From Alphaproteobacteria bacterium (GTDB taxonomy: Bacteria; Pseudomonadota; Alphaproteobacteria; CALKHQ01), in contig CBDDFZ010000001.1 of assembly GCA_965227515.1 (NCBI GenBank), forward strand, positions 992,001 to 1,056,000: 64,000 nt of DNA, written 5' to 3'. The position numbers were made by a program, and so were the translations under genes. Below, piece after piece: positions 29,979 to 40,636 of this stretch (positions are counted from its first letter, which is position 1; each line of letters starts with the position of its first letter). The notes below the pieces were generated by a model, which was not told the origin of the DNA, did no database searches, and saw nothing but the letters and a program-made list of their open reading frames with translations.

Positions 29979-31802
29979 TCAGCTCGCCTGGGCCAATCGC
30001 TTGGAGGCGCGCTTGCGCGAGATCGCATCCCGCTCCCGCTTGCGTACGCGTACGTGCGACGGCGTCACCTCGATCAGCTCGTCGTCATTGATGAACGCCA
30101 TCGCCGTTTCCAGGGTCTGGCGGCGCGGCGGGGTCAGCAGGATGGCATCGTCCTTGCCGGCGGCGCGCACGTTGGAGAGCTGCTTCGCCTTCATCGGGTT
30201 GACATCCAGGTCGTTGCCCCGGCTGTGCTCGCCGACGATCATGCCCTCATAGACCTCGCTGCCGGGCTCGACGAACAGCGCGCCGCGGTCTTCCAGGTTC
30301 CACAGCGCATAGGCCGACGCCTTGCCCGACGCATTGGCGATCAGCACGCCGGTGCGCCGCTCCTCGATCGGGCCGCGATGGCCGCCATACTCGGCGAACA
30401 CGCGGTTCAGCACGCCGGTGCCGCGGGTATCCGACATAAAGGTGCCGTGGTAGCCGATCAGGCTGCGCGACGGTGCGCGGAACTCCAGCCGCGTCTTGCC
30501 GCCGCCGGTGGGCTTCAGGGCGAGCAGGTCGGCGCGGCGCCCGGTCAGCTTCTCCACCACCACGCCGCTGAACTCGTCGTCGACGTCGATAACGACGTCC
30601 TCCATCGGCTCCTGCAGCGTGCCGGTGTCGTCGGTACGGAACAGCACCCGTGGACGACTGATGGACAGCTCGAAGCCTTCGCGCCGCATGGTCTCGATCA
30701 GCACCGCGAGTTGCAGCTCGCCACGGCCGGCCACTTCCATGGCGTCCTTCTCGGCCGCCTCGCGTACCTCGATGGCGACATTGCCCTCCGCCTCGCGCAT
30801 CAGGCGCTCGCGCAGCACCCGCGACGTCAGCTTGTCGCCGTCGCGCCCGGCCAGCGGCGAGTCGTTGACCGCGAACGTCATGGCAAGCGTCGGCGGGTCG
30901 ATCGGCAGGGCGGGCAGCGCTTCCGCATCGCTCGACGTCGCCAGCGTGTCGGCGACATTGGCCTTGGTCAGCCCGGCAATGGCGACGATGTCGCCGGCGT
31001 CGACCCGGTCCACCGGCACCCGCTCCAACCCCCGGAAGGCAAGCAGCTTGGTCACCCGGGTCGACTCCACGATGCCGCCGTCCAGCCGGATGGCATGCAC
31101 GATCTCGTTCACGTTCAGCGAGCCGCTGTGAATCCGGCCGGTCAGCACGCGGCCCAGATAGGGGTCGCGCTCCAGGGTCGTCGCCAGCATGCGAAAGCCG
31201 CTTTCCTGACCGACCTCCGGCGGCGCCACGTGGCCGCAGACGGTCTCGAACAGCACATCCATGTTGCCGGGCCGCTGGTCCGGCGAGGTCGCGGCCCAGC
31301 CTTCCTTGGCCGACGCGAACAAGGTCGGGAAATCGAGCTGCTCCTCGCTGGCGTCCAGCGCCGCGAACAGGTCGAACACCTCGTCGTGGACGGCGTGGGC
31401 ACGCTGGTCGGGCTTGTCGACCTTGTTGATCACGACGATGGGCTTCAGGCCCAGCTTCAGCGCCTTGCCGACCACGAACTTGGTCTGCGGCATCGGCCCC
31501 TCGGCGGCGTCGACCAGCAGCAGCACACCGTCGACCATGCTGAGAATGCGCTCCACCTCGCCACCGAAGTCGGCGTGGCCCGGCGTGTCGACCACGTTGA
31601 TGCGCGTGCCCTGCCAGTCGACCGAGGTGCACTTGGCCAGGATGGTGATGCCGCGTTCGCGCTCCAGATCGTTGGAGTCCATGGCGCGCTCGGCCATGCG
31701 CTGGTTGGCGCGCACAGCGCCGCTATGGCGCAGCAGGCAGTCGACCAGCGTGGTCTTCCCATGATCGACATGGGCAATGATCGCGATGTTACGCAGGTTC
31801 AT
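29979..31802 (-). CDS. typA: Translational GTPase TypA/BipA
   Basis: [41 protein letters not shown] and GRGELQL motifs. Confidence 0.98.
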   Translation of the reverse strand: MNLRNIAIIAHVDHGKTTLVDCLLRHSGAVRANQRMAERAMDSNDLERERGITILAKCTSVDWQGTRINVVDTPGHADFGGEVERILSMVDGVLLLVDAAEGPMPQTKFVVGKALKLGLKPIVVINKVDKPDQRAHAVHDEVFDLFAALDASEEQLDFPTLFASAKEGWAATSPDQRPGNMDVLFETVCGHVAPPEVGQESGFRMLATTLERDPYLGRVLTGRIHSGSLNVNEIVHAIRLDGGIVESTRVTKLLAFRGLERVPVDRVDAGDIVAIAGLTKANVADTLATSSDAEALPALPIDPPTLAMTFAVNDSPLAGRDGDKLTSRVLRERLMREAEGNVAIEVREAAEKDAMEVAGRGELQLAVLIETMRREGFELSISRPRVLFRTDDTGTLQEPMEDVVIDVDDEFSGVVVEKLTGRRADLLALKPTGGGKTRLEFRAPSRSLIGYHGTFMSDTRGTGVLNRVFAEYGGHRGPIEERRTGVLIANASGKASAYALWNLEDRGALFVEPGSEVYEGMIVGEHSRGNDLDVNPMKAKQLSNVRAAGKDDAILLTPPRRQTLETAMAFINDDELIEVTPSHVRVRKRERDAISRKRASKRLAQAS

Positions 31803-31991
31803 TCGCTCGGGCTCGCGTGCGGGGCAACCTCAACGGACTGGCGAAGCCTTAAGGCCAAGTCGTCAACAGTCCGTTGCGGAAAGGCACCGTTGGTGTATCG
31901 GGGAGCGGCCGTCAGGGCCGCGCGCACCCTATAACGCGAGCCGCGGCGGGTTACAACGCCGAACCGCCCAACAAGCCGTTACCAAAAACCG

Positions 31992-32219
31992 TCACCAACA
32001 ACGTTTGCAGGCGCGGAAGCCGGCCGCCTCGGCGGCGGCGCGGTCGTCGAACAGGCGGACGTTGCGGCGCAGGGGCGTGCGCGCCGGGCAGCCGGGCCGG
32101 CAGACGATGCCGGTGGACGCCACCCCGATCACGTAGGTATCGGCGGCCCGCCGCGCGACGATTCCGGCCCATTCGCCGTCATTTGCCGCGCGCCCCTGGG
32201 TTCTGTGGTGTGCCGCCAT
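31992..32219 (-). CDS. Stand-alone Ada-type Zn-binding domain protein
   Basis: [20 protein letters not shown]....[13 protein letters not shown] with four Cys; GAGGAGG RBS. Confidence 0.8.
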   Translation of the reverse strand: MAAHHRTQGRAANDGEWAGIVARRAADTYVIGVASTGIVCRPGCPARTPLRRNVRLFDDRAAAEAAGFRACKRCW

Positions 32220-32268
32220 TGCTCGCCTCCTCATCCGCGAACCAGGAGACTGCGCAACCAAGAGCGGA

Positions 32269-33912
32269 TCAGCCACCCGTTTCTTGCGATTCCCGGCTGG
32301 ACTTCGCCGCCGGCACGAACACCGGCTGTTCGGCGGCGATCCCCTTCAGCTTGTAGCAGCCGGCCTGGGTGAACTGGCCCGGCACCGCGTCGCTGAACGC
32401 CTGGCTGACCAGGATCGGCTCGCCGAGTTCGGAACACAGCCCCTCGATGCGCGAGACCAGGTTGACCGCCGGGCCGATCACGGTGAAGTCGAGCCGGTGC
32501 GGCGCGCCGATATTGCCGTACAGCACCTCGCCCAGGTGCAGCGCGATGCCGAAGTCCAGCGCCGGGCGCTCCTCGCCCCTGGTGAGGTTGTAGATTTCCA
32601 CCGCGGTGCGGGCGTCGCGCGCGGCCTGGTAGGCGGCCCGGCAAACCTCGCCCGGGTCCGCGCCGTGATGCAGCGGGAAGATCGCCAGCACCGCGTCGCC
32701 GATGAACTTCAGGATCTCGCCGCCATGGCGGTCGATGGCGTCGTTGACCATGCCGAAGAAGTCGTTCAGCAGCCCGATCATCTCCACCTCGGGCAGGGTC
32801 TCGGCATGGGAGGTGAAACCGCGCAGGTCGCAGAACCACATGGCGGCGCGAATGCGCTCGCCGTCGCCGCGCTTCACCTGGCCATAGAGCACGCGCTCGC
32901 TGGCGTGGCGGCCGATATAGGTATCGAGCAGGGCATGCGCGGTCTCGCGCAGGCTGAACGCCTCATAGAGCCGGCCCAGCATCGGCATGGTGTTGCGCAG
33001 GGCGGCCACCTGTTCGTCGCTGAACCCCGACGGCCTGTCGGTGGTAACCGCCAGCGTGTTGATCTGGTCGTTGGCGAACGGCATCGGCAACGCCAAATAG
33101 TCGGTGCCCCCGGCCTCGGCCAGCCGCCGCAGCAACGGATAGTCGGCAATCGCCGCGCTGTCGGTCAGCCGGAAGCGGACCTCCGGCGCGTGGTCCTCGG
33201 TGATCGGCCGCAGCGGGCTGGACACGTAGTCCGGCAACGGCTCGGTGCGGTGCGGCGCCGGCCGGTAATTGACCTCGTCCTGCCCCACTTCCCAGCTGAA
33301 GGTGGTGGAGCGCACTTGCGGGTGCAGCACCCACACGCCGACGAACAGGCGCATCAGGCCCATGTCCATGGACTGCAACTGGTCGATCAGGCTCTTGGTC
33401 AACGCCACCGCATTGCGCGCCCGCCAGGCCTGTTCCACGAACCAATGCGACATCCGGTCGACGCCGGAGCCGAGTTGCACCACCTGGGTCTGCGGTTCGG
33501 GCTTGCCGACCAGTTCGATATCGTCGACGCGGTCGGGATAGAACGCGACATAGTCCTTCAGCGCCGCCAAACCCTTGATCGGCGCCGGATAGGCCCACAC
33601 CGCGTTCTCGACGATTCGGTCGCCCAGCCTGATCGACCAGTACGCCGCCTCGCCCTTGTACGGGCAATAGGTGCGATGGTCGCTCGGCTCCAGGATACCG
33701 GCGCGCACGTCCGCCAGCGGCACGTACCACGTCGGCGCCAGCCGGGACTCGCGCAATTCCAGCGGCCGGGTGGTGTCGGCAATGACCTCGCCGCCGAGCC
33801 ACACCTTGATCCGCTCGTCGTGGGCATAGAGTTCGACGCGATAGCCGTCCTTCTCGACGGCCCCGATCGGGTCCATGGCAGCGGTGGTGGCGGTGGTGGT
33901 GGCAGCGCTCAT
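32269..33912 (-). CDS. DUF427 domain fused to class III adenylate cyclase
   Basis: N-terminal [19 protein letters not shown] (DUF427); C-terminal [22 protein letters not shown] and NLVSRIE. Confidence 0.88.
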   Translation of the reverse strand: MSAATTTATTAAMDPIGAVEKDGYRVELYAHDERIKVWLGGEVIADTTRPLELRESRLAPTWYVPLADVRAGILEPSDHRTYCPYKGEAAYWSIRLGDRIVENAVWAYPAPIKGLAALKDYVAFYPDRVDDIELVGKPEPQTQVVQLGSGVDRMSHWFVEQAWRARNAVALTKSLIDQLQSMDMGLMRLFVGVWVLHPQVRSTTFSWEVGQDEVNYRPAPHRTEPLPDYVSSPLRPITEDHAPEVRFRLTDSAAIADYPLLRRLAEAGGTDYLALPMPFANDQINTLAVTTDRPSGFSDEQVAALRNTMPMLGRLYEAFSLRETAHALLDTYIGRHASERVLYGQVKRGDGERIRAAMWFCDLRGFTSHAETLPEVEMIGLLNDFFGMVNDAIDRHGGEILKFIGDAVLAIFPLHHGADPGEVCRAAYQAARDARTAVEIYNLTRGEERPALDFGIALHLGEVLYGNIGAPHRLDFTVIGPAVNLVSRIEGLCSELGEPILVSQAFSDAVPGQFTQAGCYKLKGIAAEQPVFVPAAKSSRESQETGG

Positions 33913-34264
33913 ATCGATTTTCCCGGCAGAAATACGATCCAGGCCATGCAACCCGGGCAGTGTGGAGATAGGCCCGCTTGTGGGTCAAGCCAACCTCGGG
34001 ATCGCGATTGTGAACGCGCACATGCCGGCAGCGCGCGGAGGCCGGCCAGGAAACTGGTGCAACGCGCCGCCGGTTTGGCTAAATAGCCACGCGCCTGCTG
34101 AGCATCGTTATGGCCAGTACGCAAGCTGCCGCGCCGCCGAACGGCGGCACCCGCCCAATGTGGTGGCGCGCAGTGCAGGATTTCCAACGCCATCGCCAAT
34201 GCAACGTCGACACGAGGCCCGGTCGATGCCGCGATGGCCGGCAACCGACCGGATGTGCAAGCGA

Positions 34265-35404
34265 ATGGACCTTGTTCTGACCAATGCGCGGGTGGTGACG
34301 CCGGACCGGGTGACCAAGGGTCACGTCGCGGTGGTGCAGGGCCGCATCGCCGCCGTTGGCGACGGAGGCAGCGATGCGGCGGGGGCCATCGACCTGGACG
34401 GCGACTTCCTGATCCCCGGCCTGATCGACCTGCACACCGACCATCTGGAGCGCCATTTCAGCCCCCGCCCCGGAGTCCACTGGGACGGTGTGGCGGCCGC
34501 CATGTCGCACGACGCGCAGATCGCCTGTGCCGGCATCACCACGGTTTACGATTCGCTCGCGCTGATCGGCGGCCGGGAGACCAACGACCGCCACCAGGTG
34601 ATGGGGCCGATGATCGACGGGCTGAGCCGCGCGGTCGCCGGCCGCATGCTGCGCGCCGACCATCGCCTGCACCTGCGCTGCGAGGTGGTGGAGCACGACG
34701 TGGTCGAGCGGTTCAGCGCCTATCTGGACAACCCGCTGCTGCAGCTCGTCTCGGTGATGGACCACTCCCCCGGTCAGCGCCAGTTCACCAATATCGAGAC
34801 CTACAAGAAGGCGCACATGCGGGTGCTGAAGCTGAACGCCGAGGAGATGGACCGCATGGTGGTGGAGCGCATGGCCGCGTCGCGCGAACACGGCCCGACG
34901 AACCGCACCCGGCTGGCTGAACTTGCCCGCGAACACGGTCTGGCGTTCGCCAGCCACGACGACGAGACCGGGGAACACGTTGCGGAGTCCGCGGCGCTTG
35001 GCGTCACCATCGCCGAGTTCCCGACCACGGTGACCGCGGCGGCGGCATGCCGCGCCAATGGCATGCACATCGTGATGGGCGCGCCGAACCTTGTGCGCGG
35101 CGGCTCTCACTCCGGCAATGTCGCCGCCGCCGACCTGGCGGCACGCGGGCTGCTCGATATCCTGTCGTCGGACTACGTGCCGTTCAGCATGCTCCAGGCC
35201 GCGTTCGCGCTGTCCGGTCCGCCGCACGGCCACGACCTGCCAAGTGCCATTGCCACCGTCACCCGCAACCCGGCCCGCGCCGCCGGCCTGGACGACCGGG
35301 GCGCGATTGAGGAAGGCCTGAACGCCGACCTCGTCCGTGTGTCGCTGGTCGGCGGCATGCCGGTGGTCCGCGCGGTGTGGCACAACGGTGAGCGCGTGGC
35401 ATGA
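34265..35404 (+). CDS. phnM: Alpha-D-ribose 1-methylphosphonate 5-triphosphate diphosphatase
   Basis: PGLIDLHTD.LE, MDHSPGQRQF, ASHDD, AEFP, GAPN.VRGGSHSGN and LSSDY motifs. Confidence 0.95.
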   Translation: MDLVLTNARVVTPDRVTKGHVAVVQGRIAAVGDGGSDAAGAIDLDGDFLIPGLIDLHTDHLERHFSPRPGVHWDGVAAAMSHDAQIACAGITTVYDSLALIGGRETNDRHQVMGPMIDGLSRAVAGRMLRADHRLHLRCEVVEHDVVERFSAYLDNPLLQLVSVMDHSPGQRQFTNIETYKKAHMRVLKLNAEEMDRMVVERMAASREHGPTNRTRLAELAREHGLAFASHDDETGEHVAESAALGVTIAEFPTTVTAAAACRANGMHIVMGAPNLVRGGSHSGNVAAADLAARGLLDILSSDYVPFSMLQAAFALSGPPHGHDLPSAIATVTRNPARAAGLDDRGAIEEGLNADLVRVSLVGGMPVVRAVWHNGERVA

Positions 35405-36114
35405 GCGAGAACTGGGCGGCGGCACCGCGCTACGCGCTTTACTTCACGCCGGCGCAGGGCTCCCCGCTGGCGACGTTCGGCGCGCAGTGGCTGGGCCGCG
35501 ACGTCGGCGACGGCCGCATCGTCGAACAGCCAATGGTGGCGGGCTTCACGCCGGAGGAACTTGCGGCACTCACCGCCGATCCGCGCCGCTACGGCTTCCA
35601 TGCCACGCTGAAGGCGCCGTTCCGCCTGGCGCCCGGGCGATCCCTCGGCGACCTGTTGGAACGCCTGTCGATCTTCAGTGGCATGCACCGGGCGTTCAGG
35701 GCACCGCCGCTGCAACTGGCCAGTATCGGCGGGTTCCGCGCCCTGGTGCTGAGCGACCGCTGCCCCGAGATGGACGACCTGGCCGCTGCCTGCGTGACCG
35801 GGTTCGAGCCGTTCCGCGCCGAGCTGAGCGAGAACGAGATCGCACGGCGCGAGGCGGCGGGGCTGGACGACGAAGAGCGCCAGAACCTGCTGACGCTGGG
35901 CTATCCCTACGTGCTGGACCGGTTCCGTTTCCACATGACGCTGACCCGCCGGGTGGACGATGCGCTCGGCGCGCGGGTCGATGCGGCGCTGGCGCCGCTG
36001 GTCGCACCCCATTGCGCCGAGCCGCTGACGGTCGATGCCGTCACCCTGTGCGCGCAGGCCGGGCCGGACCAGCCGTTCGTGCAATACGCGCGGTGCGGGT
36101 TGGGGCAGGGGTAG
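35401..36114 (+). CDS. DUF1045 phosphonate-metabolism protein (2H phosphoesterase-like)
   Basis: RYALYF.P, YGFHATLKAPF and GYPYV..FRFHMTLT; ATGA overlap with phnM. Confidence 0.9.
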   Translation: MSENWAAAPRYALYFTPAQGSPLATFGAQWLGRDVGDGRIVEQPMVAGFTPEELAALTADPRRYGFHATLKAPFRLAPGRSLGDLLERLSIFSGMHRAFRAPPLQLASIGGFRALVLSDRCPEMDDLAAACVTGFEPFRAELSENEIARREAAGLDDEERQNLLTLGYPYVLDRFRFHMTLTRRVDDALGARVDAALAPLVAPHCAEPLTVDAVTLCAQAGPDQPFVQYARCGLGQG

Positions 36115-36181
36115 CACCCTTCCCGTTGTTATTGCTTGACAATCCAGAGAGTGGCAACGCGCTGGCCACTCCAATACCCCG

Positions 36182-36305
36182 CCGTCATGCCCGGGCCGGC
36201 CGCAAGGCCGAGACCCGGGTATCCACGCGGTCATTGCAGGACGCTGGCGTCGCCAGGGACTGTCATCAACTGCGTGGATGCGCGGATCAAGTCCGCGCAT
36301 GACAG
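36182..36305. repeat. CGTC-type palindromic repeat pair between convergent genes
   Basis: CCGTCATGCCCGGG...CCCGGGTATCCACGC ... GCGTGGATGCGCGGATCAAGTCCGCGCATGACAG. Confidence 0.75.
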
Positions 36306-36321
36306 TTAGTGCTATTGCCGC

Positions 36322-37143
36322 TCACACGAACCGCTTGCGCAGCACCTGGGAGCCGATGTCGACCAGGCTGACGACCACGATGATGATCAGCATGATCGCC
36401 GCGGTCTCCGCGTAATAGAAGCCGCGGATGGTCTCGTAGAGGATCTGGCCGATGCCGCCGGCGCCGACGATGCCGAGCACGGTGGCGGAGCGCAGGTTGG
36501 ACTCGAAGCGGTAGAGCGTGAACGAGATCCACAGCGGCATCACCTGCGGGATGACACCGAACACCACTTCCTGCACCCGGGTGGCGCCAGTGGCGCGAAT
36601 GCCCTCCACCGGGCGCGGGTCGATGGCCTCCACCGCCTCGGAGAACAGCTTGGCGAGGATGCCGGTGGTGTGGATCCACAGCGCCAGCACGCCGGCGAAC
36701 GGCCCGAGCCCGACCGCCGAGACGAACAGGATGGCGAAAACGATCTCGTTGATGGCGCGAAACGCATCCATCAGCCGGCGCACCGGCTGGTAGACCCACC
36801 ATGGCACGATGTTGGCCGACGACAGCACGCCGAACGGCACCGCCAGAACGACCGCCAGCGCTGTGCCCCAGACCGCGATCTGCACGGTGATCAGCATCTC
36901 GTCCATGTAGATGCGCCAATCGTGGAAGTTGGGCGGGAAGAAGCCCTGGATGTAGCGCAGCATGTTGTCGGCGGACTCGATCAGGTCGCCGGGGCGCATG
37001 TCCGCGCCGTCCCACGACCACGCCAGCAGCCCGGCGATCACCGCCCAGGCCGCGACGTTGCCCCAGGTACGTTTCAGGTTGCGCGGCGGCAGTGCCGCCG
37101 TGCTGGAGTGCAGCGTCATCTGGGTCACGGTCGGGGCACGCAT
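36322..37143 (-). CDS. phnE: Phosphonate ABC transporter permease
   Basis: [29 protein letters not shown] and [22 protein letters not shown] motifs. Confidence 0.95.
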   Translation of the reverse strand: MRAPTVTQMTLHSSTAALPPRNLKRTWGNVAAWAVIAGLLAWSWDGADMRPGDLIESADNMLRYIQGFFPPNFHDWRIYMDEMLITVQIAVWGTALAVVLAVPFGVLSSANIVPWWVYQPVRRLMDAFRAINEIVFAILFVSAVGLGPFAGVLALWIHTTGILAKLFSEAVEAIDPRPVEGIRATGATRVQEVVFGVIPQVMPLWISFTLYRFESNLRSATVLGIVGAGGIGQILYETIRGFYYAETAAIMLIIIVVVSLVDIGSQVLRKRFV

Positions 37144-37182
37144 GTGGTGGATGTCAGGCTGTTCGAGCGACGGAATCGCGGG

Positions 37183-37309
37183 AGGAGCATGATCACCTAA
37201 GTCGGCACCGGCCCGCTCCCCCACCCGGCCACCCAGCAGGATACTTTCGTGGGCGGCCGGGTGGGGGAGAGGGCTGGTGCAGACTTCAGCGCAAGCTGAT
37301 CCTGATCTA
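37183..37309 (+). repeat. Hairpin MITE copy C (loop in CAGGATACT orientation), inside the phnD-phnE spacer
   Basis: Full arms and tail ending GATCCTGATCTA. Confidence 0.9.
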
Positions 37310-37337
37310 GTGCCCCGTCCCGGCGGGGACGGGGCAC
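37310..37337. terminator. Perfect 12-bp GC hairpin after phnD (terminator or mRNA stabiliser)
   Basis: GTGCCCCGTCCC-GGCG-GGGACGGGGCAC. Confidence 0.6.
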
Positions 37338-37356
37338 CGGTGTCGGCGCCGGGCGG

Positions 37357-38373
37357 CTACATCGCCGCGTTGGTCACGATCTCCAGCGTCTCGAGCTGGG
37401 AGTCGATCTCGGCCAGCGCGGCCGCCTTGTCTTCCTCGCTGAGCGCCTCGTCATTGAGGACGTTCAGGCGGTCGCGGAACAGGCGGAGCTGGCGGATCGG
37501 CAGCAGCTGGTCGTTTGAGGAATTGGTGAACGCGGCCTGACCGTCGCTCATGCCGGCCAGCACGGCCTGCGCCTCTTCCACATTGTCGCCGAGGCGCCCG
37601 TAGGTGATGAAGAAGCCGCGGATCATGTCCTTCAGCTCGCTGCTGAGGTCGGCGCGATAGACGATCGGGTCGCTCGGGATCAGCGGCGACGTCCAGATGA
37701 CCCGCACGTTCTCCACGATCTCGGGCTGGTTCATCGCCGTGCGTTCCCACTGCTCGGAGTTGTTGGTGGCGGCGTCGACCTGGTCGTTGGCAACGGCCAT
37801 GAAGTTGGTCTCGTGGTTCGAGTTGCGCACGTTCTCGAAGCACTCGTTCGGGTCGACGTTGTTCTGCGCGAACACATAGAAGCTCGGCACCAGATAGCCC
37901 GAGGTGGAGTTCGGGTCGCCCATGCCGAAGTCGAGGCCGGTGCCGCACGCGGCCAGCAGGTCGTCCAGGGTCTGGAACGGGCTCTCGGCCGGCACCAGGA
38001 TGTGGCTGTAGTAGCCCTGGGTGCCGTCGGTCTTGGTCTGGCGGGCGAACACCTCGCCGCCGGCACGGTCCACCGCCTCGATGGCGGAGGCATTGCCGAA
38101 CCAGGCCACCGTCACCTGGCCGAAGCGCATCGCCTCGATCACGCCGGCATAGTCGCTGGCATAGAAGCCTTCGACCGGCATGCCCAACGCCTCGGACATA
38201 TCCTCCAGGAACGGCTCCCACTGGCGGCGCAGGTTCTGCGACGATTCCGTCGAGATGATGCCGAAATTGATCACGTCCGGGTCGCCGGCCAGCGGCTCCG
38301 GCTCGGCGCTGGCCAGGCCAGCCGCGAAAAGGACACCGGTAAATGCCGTTCCGGCAACGAGATGACGGATCAT
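37357..38373 (-). CDS. phnD: Phosphonate ABC transporter substrate-binding protein
   Basis: Signal peptide; FGIISTES, DYAGVIEAM, GDPNSTSG.LVP and NHE motifs. Confidence 0.95.
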   Translation of the reverse strand: MIRHLVAGTAFTGVLFAAGLASAEPEPLAGDPDVINFGIISTESSQNLRRQWEPFLEDMSEALGMPVEGFYASDYAGVIEAMRFGQVTVAWFGNASAIEAVDRAGGEVFARQTKTDGTQGYYSHILVPAESPFQTLDDLLAACGTGLDFGMGDPNSTSGYLVPSFYVFAQNNVDPNECFENVRNSNHETNFMAVANDQVDAATNNSEQWERTAMNQPEIVENVRVIWTSPLIPSDPIVYRADLSSELKDMIRGFFITYGRLGDNVEEAQAVLAGMSDGQAAFTNSSNDQLLPIRQLRLFRDRLNVLNDEALSEEDKAAALAEIDSQLETLEIVTNAAM

Positions 38374-38422
38374 GCCTTCCTCCTTCGTTGGGTCTGAGAT
38401 GAATTCGGGTGGTGGGGTGCGG

Positions 38423-39307
38423 TCAGGCGGTGGCCATGGCCTCGATGCCATCGGCCGTCATTTTCCGCCTGTCCGGCAGTGGGGCAGAGGATGAGGGTCC
38501 ATCCTCGGTGCCAGCAGTGGGCCCAGTGGGCAGGATCAACTCCTCGCTCTGGGCGCCGTAGAGCTCGGTCAGGAAGGCGGGGGTCAGCTTGGTCGAGGGC
38601 CCGTCGAACACGACCTGCCCGTCGCGCAGCGCGATGGTGCGCGCGCAATAGGCGAAGGCGTACTCGACCTGATGCAGCGACACGACGACGGTGATGCCCA
38701 TCTCGCGGTTCACGCGGGCCAGGATCTCCATCACCCGCCGGGCCGATTTCGGGTCCAGCGACGCGATCGGCTCGTCGGCCAGGATGATCTCGGCCTGCTG
38801 GACCAGCGCCCGCGCGATCGCCGCGCGCTGCTGCTGGCCGCCGCTGAGCGTGGACGCACGCTGGGTGGCGCGCTCGGCGATGTCGACCGCTTCCAGCGCC
38901 TGCATCGCCAGCAGTTTCTCGGCCCGGGTGAACAGCCCCAGGCAGCCGCGCCAGCCGGGAATGCGGCCGAGCACGCCGAGGACGACGTTGGACAGCACCG
39001 TCAGCCGGCTGACCAGGTTGAACTGCTGGAAGACGACGCCGACGCGGGCGCGCACTTTCCGCGCGGCCGATGTCGGCCGGCCGTCGTACTGCACCACATG
39101 GTCGAGCACGTTGACGCAGCACGCATTGCGCTGCCGGTCGGCGCTGATAAGACCGGCAATGTTGCGAATGAGGGTCGACTTGCCGGAGCCGGACGCGCCG
39201 ATCAGCGCGACCATCTCGCCGCGGTCGACGGTCAGGCTGACGCCATCCAGCGCGCGCTTGCCCCCGAACGACTTGCTGAGCTTTTCGACTTCGATCGCCG
39301 CGGCCAT
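38423..39307 (-). CDS. phnC: Phosphonate ABC transporter ATP-binding protein
   Basis: [36 protein letters not shown] and SLHQV motifs. Confidence 0.95.
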   Translation of the reverse strand: MAAAIEVEKLSKSFGGKRALDGVSLTVDRGEMVALIGASGSGKSTLIRNIAGLISADRQRNACCVNVLDHVVQYDGRPTSAARKVRARVGVVFQQFNLVSRLTVLSNVVLGVLGRIPGWRGCLGLFTRAEKLLAMQALEAVDIAERATQRASTLSGGQQQRAAIARALVQQAEIILADEPIASLDPKSARRVMEILARVNREMGITVVVSLHQVEYAFAYCARTIALRDGQVVFDGPSTKLTPAFLTELYGAQSEELILPTGPTAGTEDGPSSSAPLPDRRKMTADGIEAMATA

Positions 39308-39402
39308 TCCCCGTTCCCTCGGGGGAAAAGCCTATTCACGCTCGGCGAGGCTTTTATTTCCGATCGTTGAACTTTTTATGGCGGGTCGGTGCAGAGCAAC
39401 CG

Positions 39403-39672
39403 TCAGCGGATGCAACGGCTGGCATCGTAGTCGTAAACGCCGCCGAGCTCTGTGCAGAAGTCCGGGCTGGTATCGGGCGTGTTGCACCCCGGCTGGCTGG
39501 TGTCGCCGCCGACCAGGCAGTCGACGCCGCTGGTGACCTCGTTCTCAATTGCCTGTTGGCAGCCGGCCAATGCGGCAAGCCCGACCACGGCGACGAACGC
39601 CGAGACCCCGGCCGCGCCGGTCAGTGAGGAAACGGCGCCGGCAAATCGCCGCCGCGAATGGTTGACGATCAT
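39403..39672 (-). CDS. Small Cys-rich lipoprotein
   Basis: Lipobox AALAG|CQ; C-terminal CTELGGVYDYDASRCIR; paralog at 40637-41008. Confidence 0.7.
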   Translation of the reverse strand: MIVNHSRRRFAGAVSSLTGAAGVSAFVAVVGLAALAGCQQAIENEVTSGVDCLVGGDTSQPGCNTPDTSPDFCTELGGVYDYDASRCIR

Positions 39673-39751
39673 GGAACCCCCCAGTTCAACCGGCACCAAA
39701 CGGCAGCGGCACAGTGACGTTGACCGCCCAACCTGCCATTGGCAAGTAGTT

Positions 39752-40444
39752 TCAGCCGTTCCGATGCCAGACCTGCCCGTATTCCTCGCACAGCAGGCGG
39801 TGCGGCGGCTCGTCCTCCTCGACATCGGGAAAGCGGCCGACCGGCTCGTGAAAGCGATTGTCGCCCAGGTCGTCGCTGACCAGCGATACCTCGCCCACCA
39901 TCACCCGGCCGCCCTCGGTGCTGAGCGCGTGATACTGGCCGGGCCTCAGCGTGATGCTCTCGCCGGCGCCGAGGCGCAGCTTCTCGCCGGGGCCGACGAC
40001 CCGCCGCATGCCATCGACCTCCACCTCCATCGGTTCGCCGCTCAGCTCACCTTCCTCGTCGGCCTGGTGCAGTTCCACCACCAGCGTGCCGCCGCCGCGG
40101 TTGATGATGTCCTCCACCTTGACGTGGTGATAGTGCAGCGGGCAGCGCTGGCCCTCGTCCAGCATGATGATCTTCTCGCAGTACATCTTGCCGGAGCGGT
40201 TGCGGATGTTCTCCGGCTTGCCGTTGCGGATGGTGAAAATGGTCAGCCCGCAGCGCGCGAAGTCGTCCTGGCCGAAATCGGTGATGTCCCAGCCGAGATG
40301 GCAGTCGACGATGTCGCGCACCTCGTCGCCCTTGGCCGACCAGTCGTCGGGCGACCAGTCGGCGAACGGGGGCAGGCGAAAGCCGTTGGCGCGAAAGAAC
40401 GCGTCGGCCTCGCGGATGGCGTGGTTGATCTCTGAGCGCTTCAT
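39752..40444 (-). CDS. D-lyxose/D-mannose family sugar isomerase (cupin, DUF1498)
   Basis: MKRSEIN, LGWDITDFG, YCEKI, PLHYH..KVEDIINRGGG and GEVS.VSDD..DN.F motifs. Confidence 0.92.
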   Translation of the reverse strand: MKRSEINHAIREADAFFRANGFRLPPFADWSPDDWSAKGDEVRDIVDCHLGWDITDFGQDDFARCGLTIFTIRNGKPENIRNRSGKMYCEKIIMLDEGQRCPLHYHHVKVEDIINRGGGTLVVELHQADEEGELSGEPMEVEVDGMRRVVGPGEKLRLGAGESITLRPGQYHALSTEGGRVMVGEVSLVSDDLGDNRFHEPVGRFPDVEEDEPPHRLLCEEYGQVWHRNG

Positions 40445-40524
40445 GGCATTCCTCCCGGCGGTTTTGCCGGCAGGATAGGCTGCACCGATGCCGCCGTCAT
40501 CAACGGCGGCCTAATATTCATTCC

Positions 40525-40615
40525 AGTCGGTACCGGCCCGCGCCCCGTCCCGGCCACCCAGGAATCATACTGTCGTTGGGTGGCCGAGAGGGGGTGCGGG
40601 CTGGCGCCGACTTCA
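40525..40615 (+). repeat. Hairpin MITE copy D (diverged, tail-less)
   Basis: AGTCGGTACCGGCCC...GGCCACC-CAGGAATCATACTGTCGTTG-GGTGGCC...GGGCTGGCGCCGACT. Confidence 0.8.
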
Positions 40616-40636
40616 ACACGACTTCAATACATAGAA

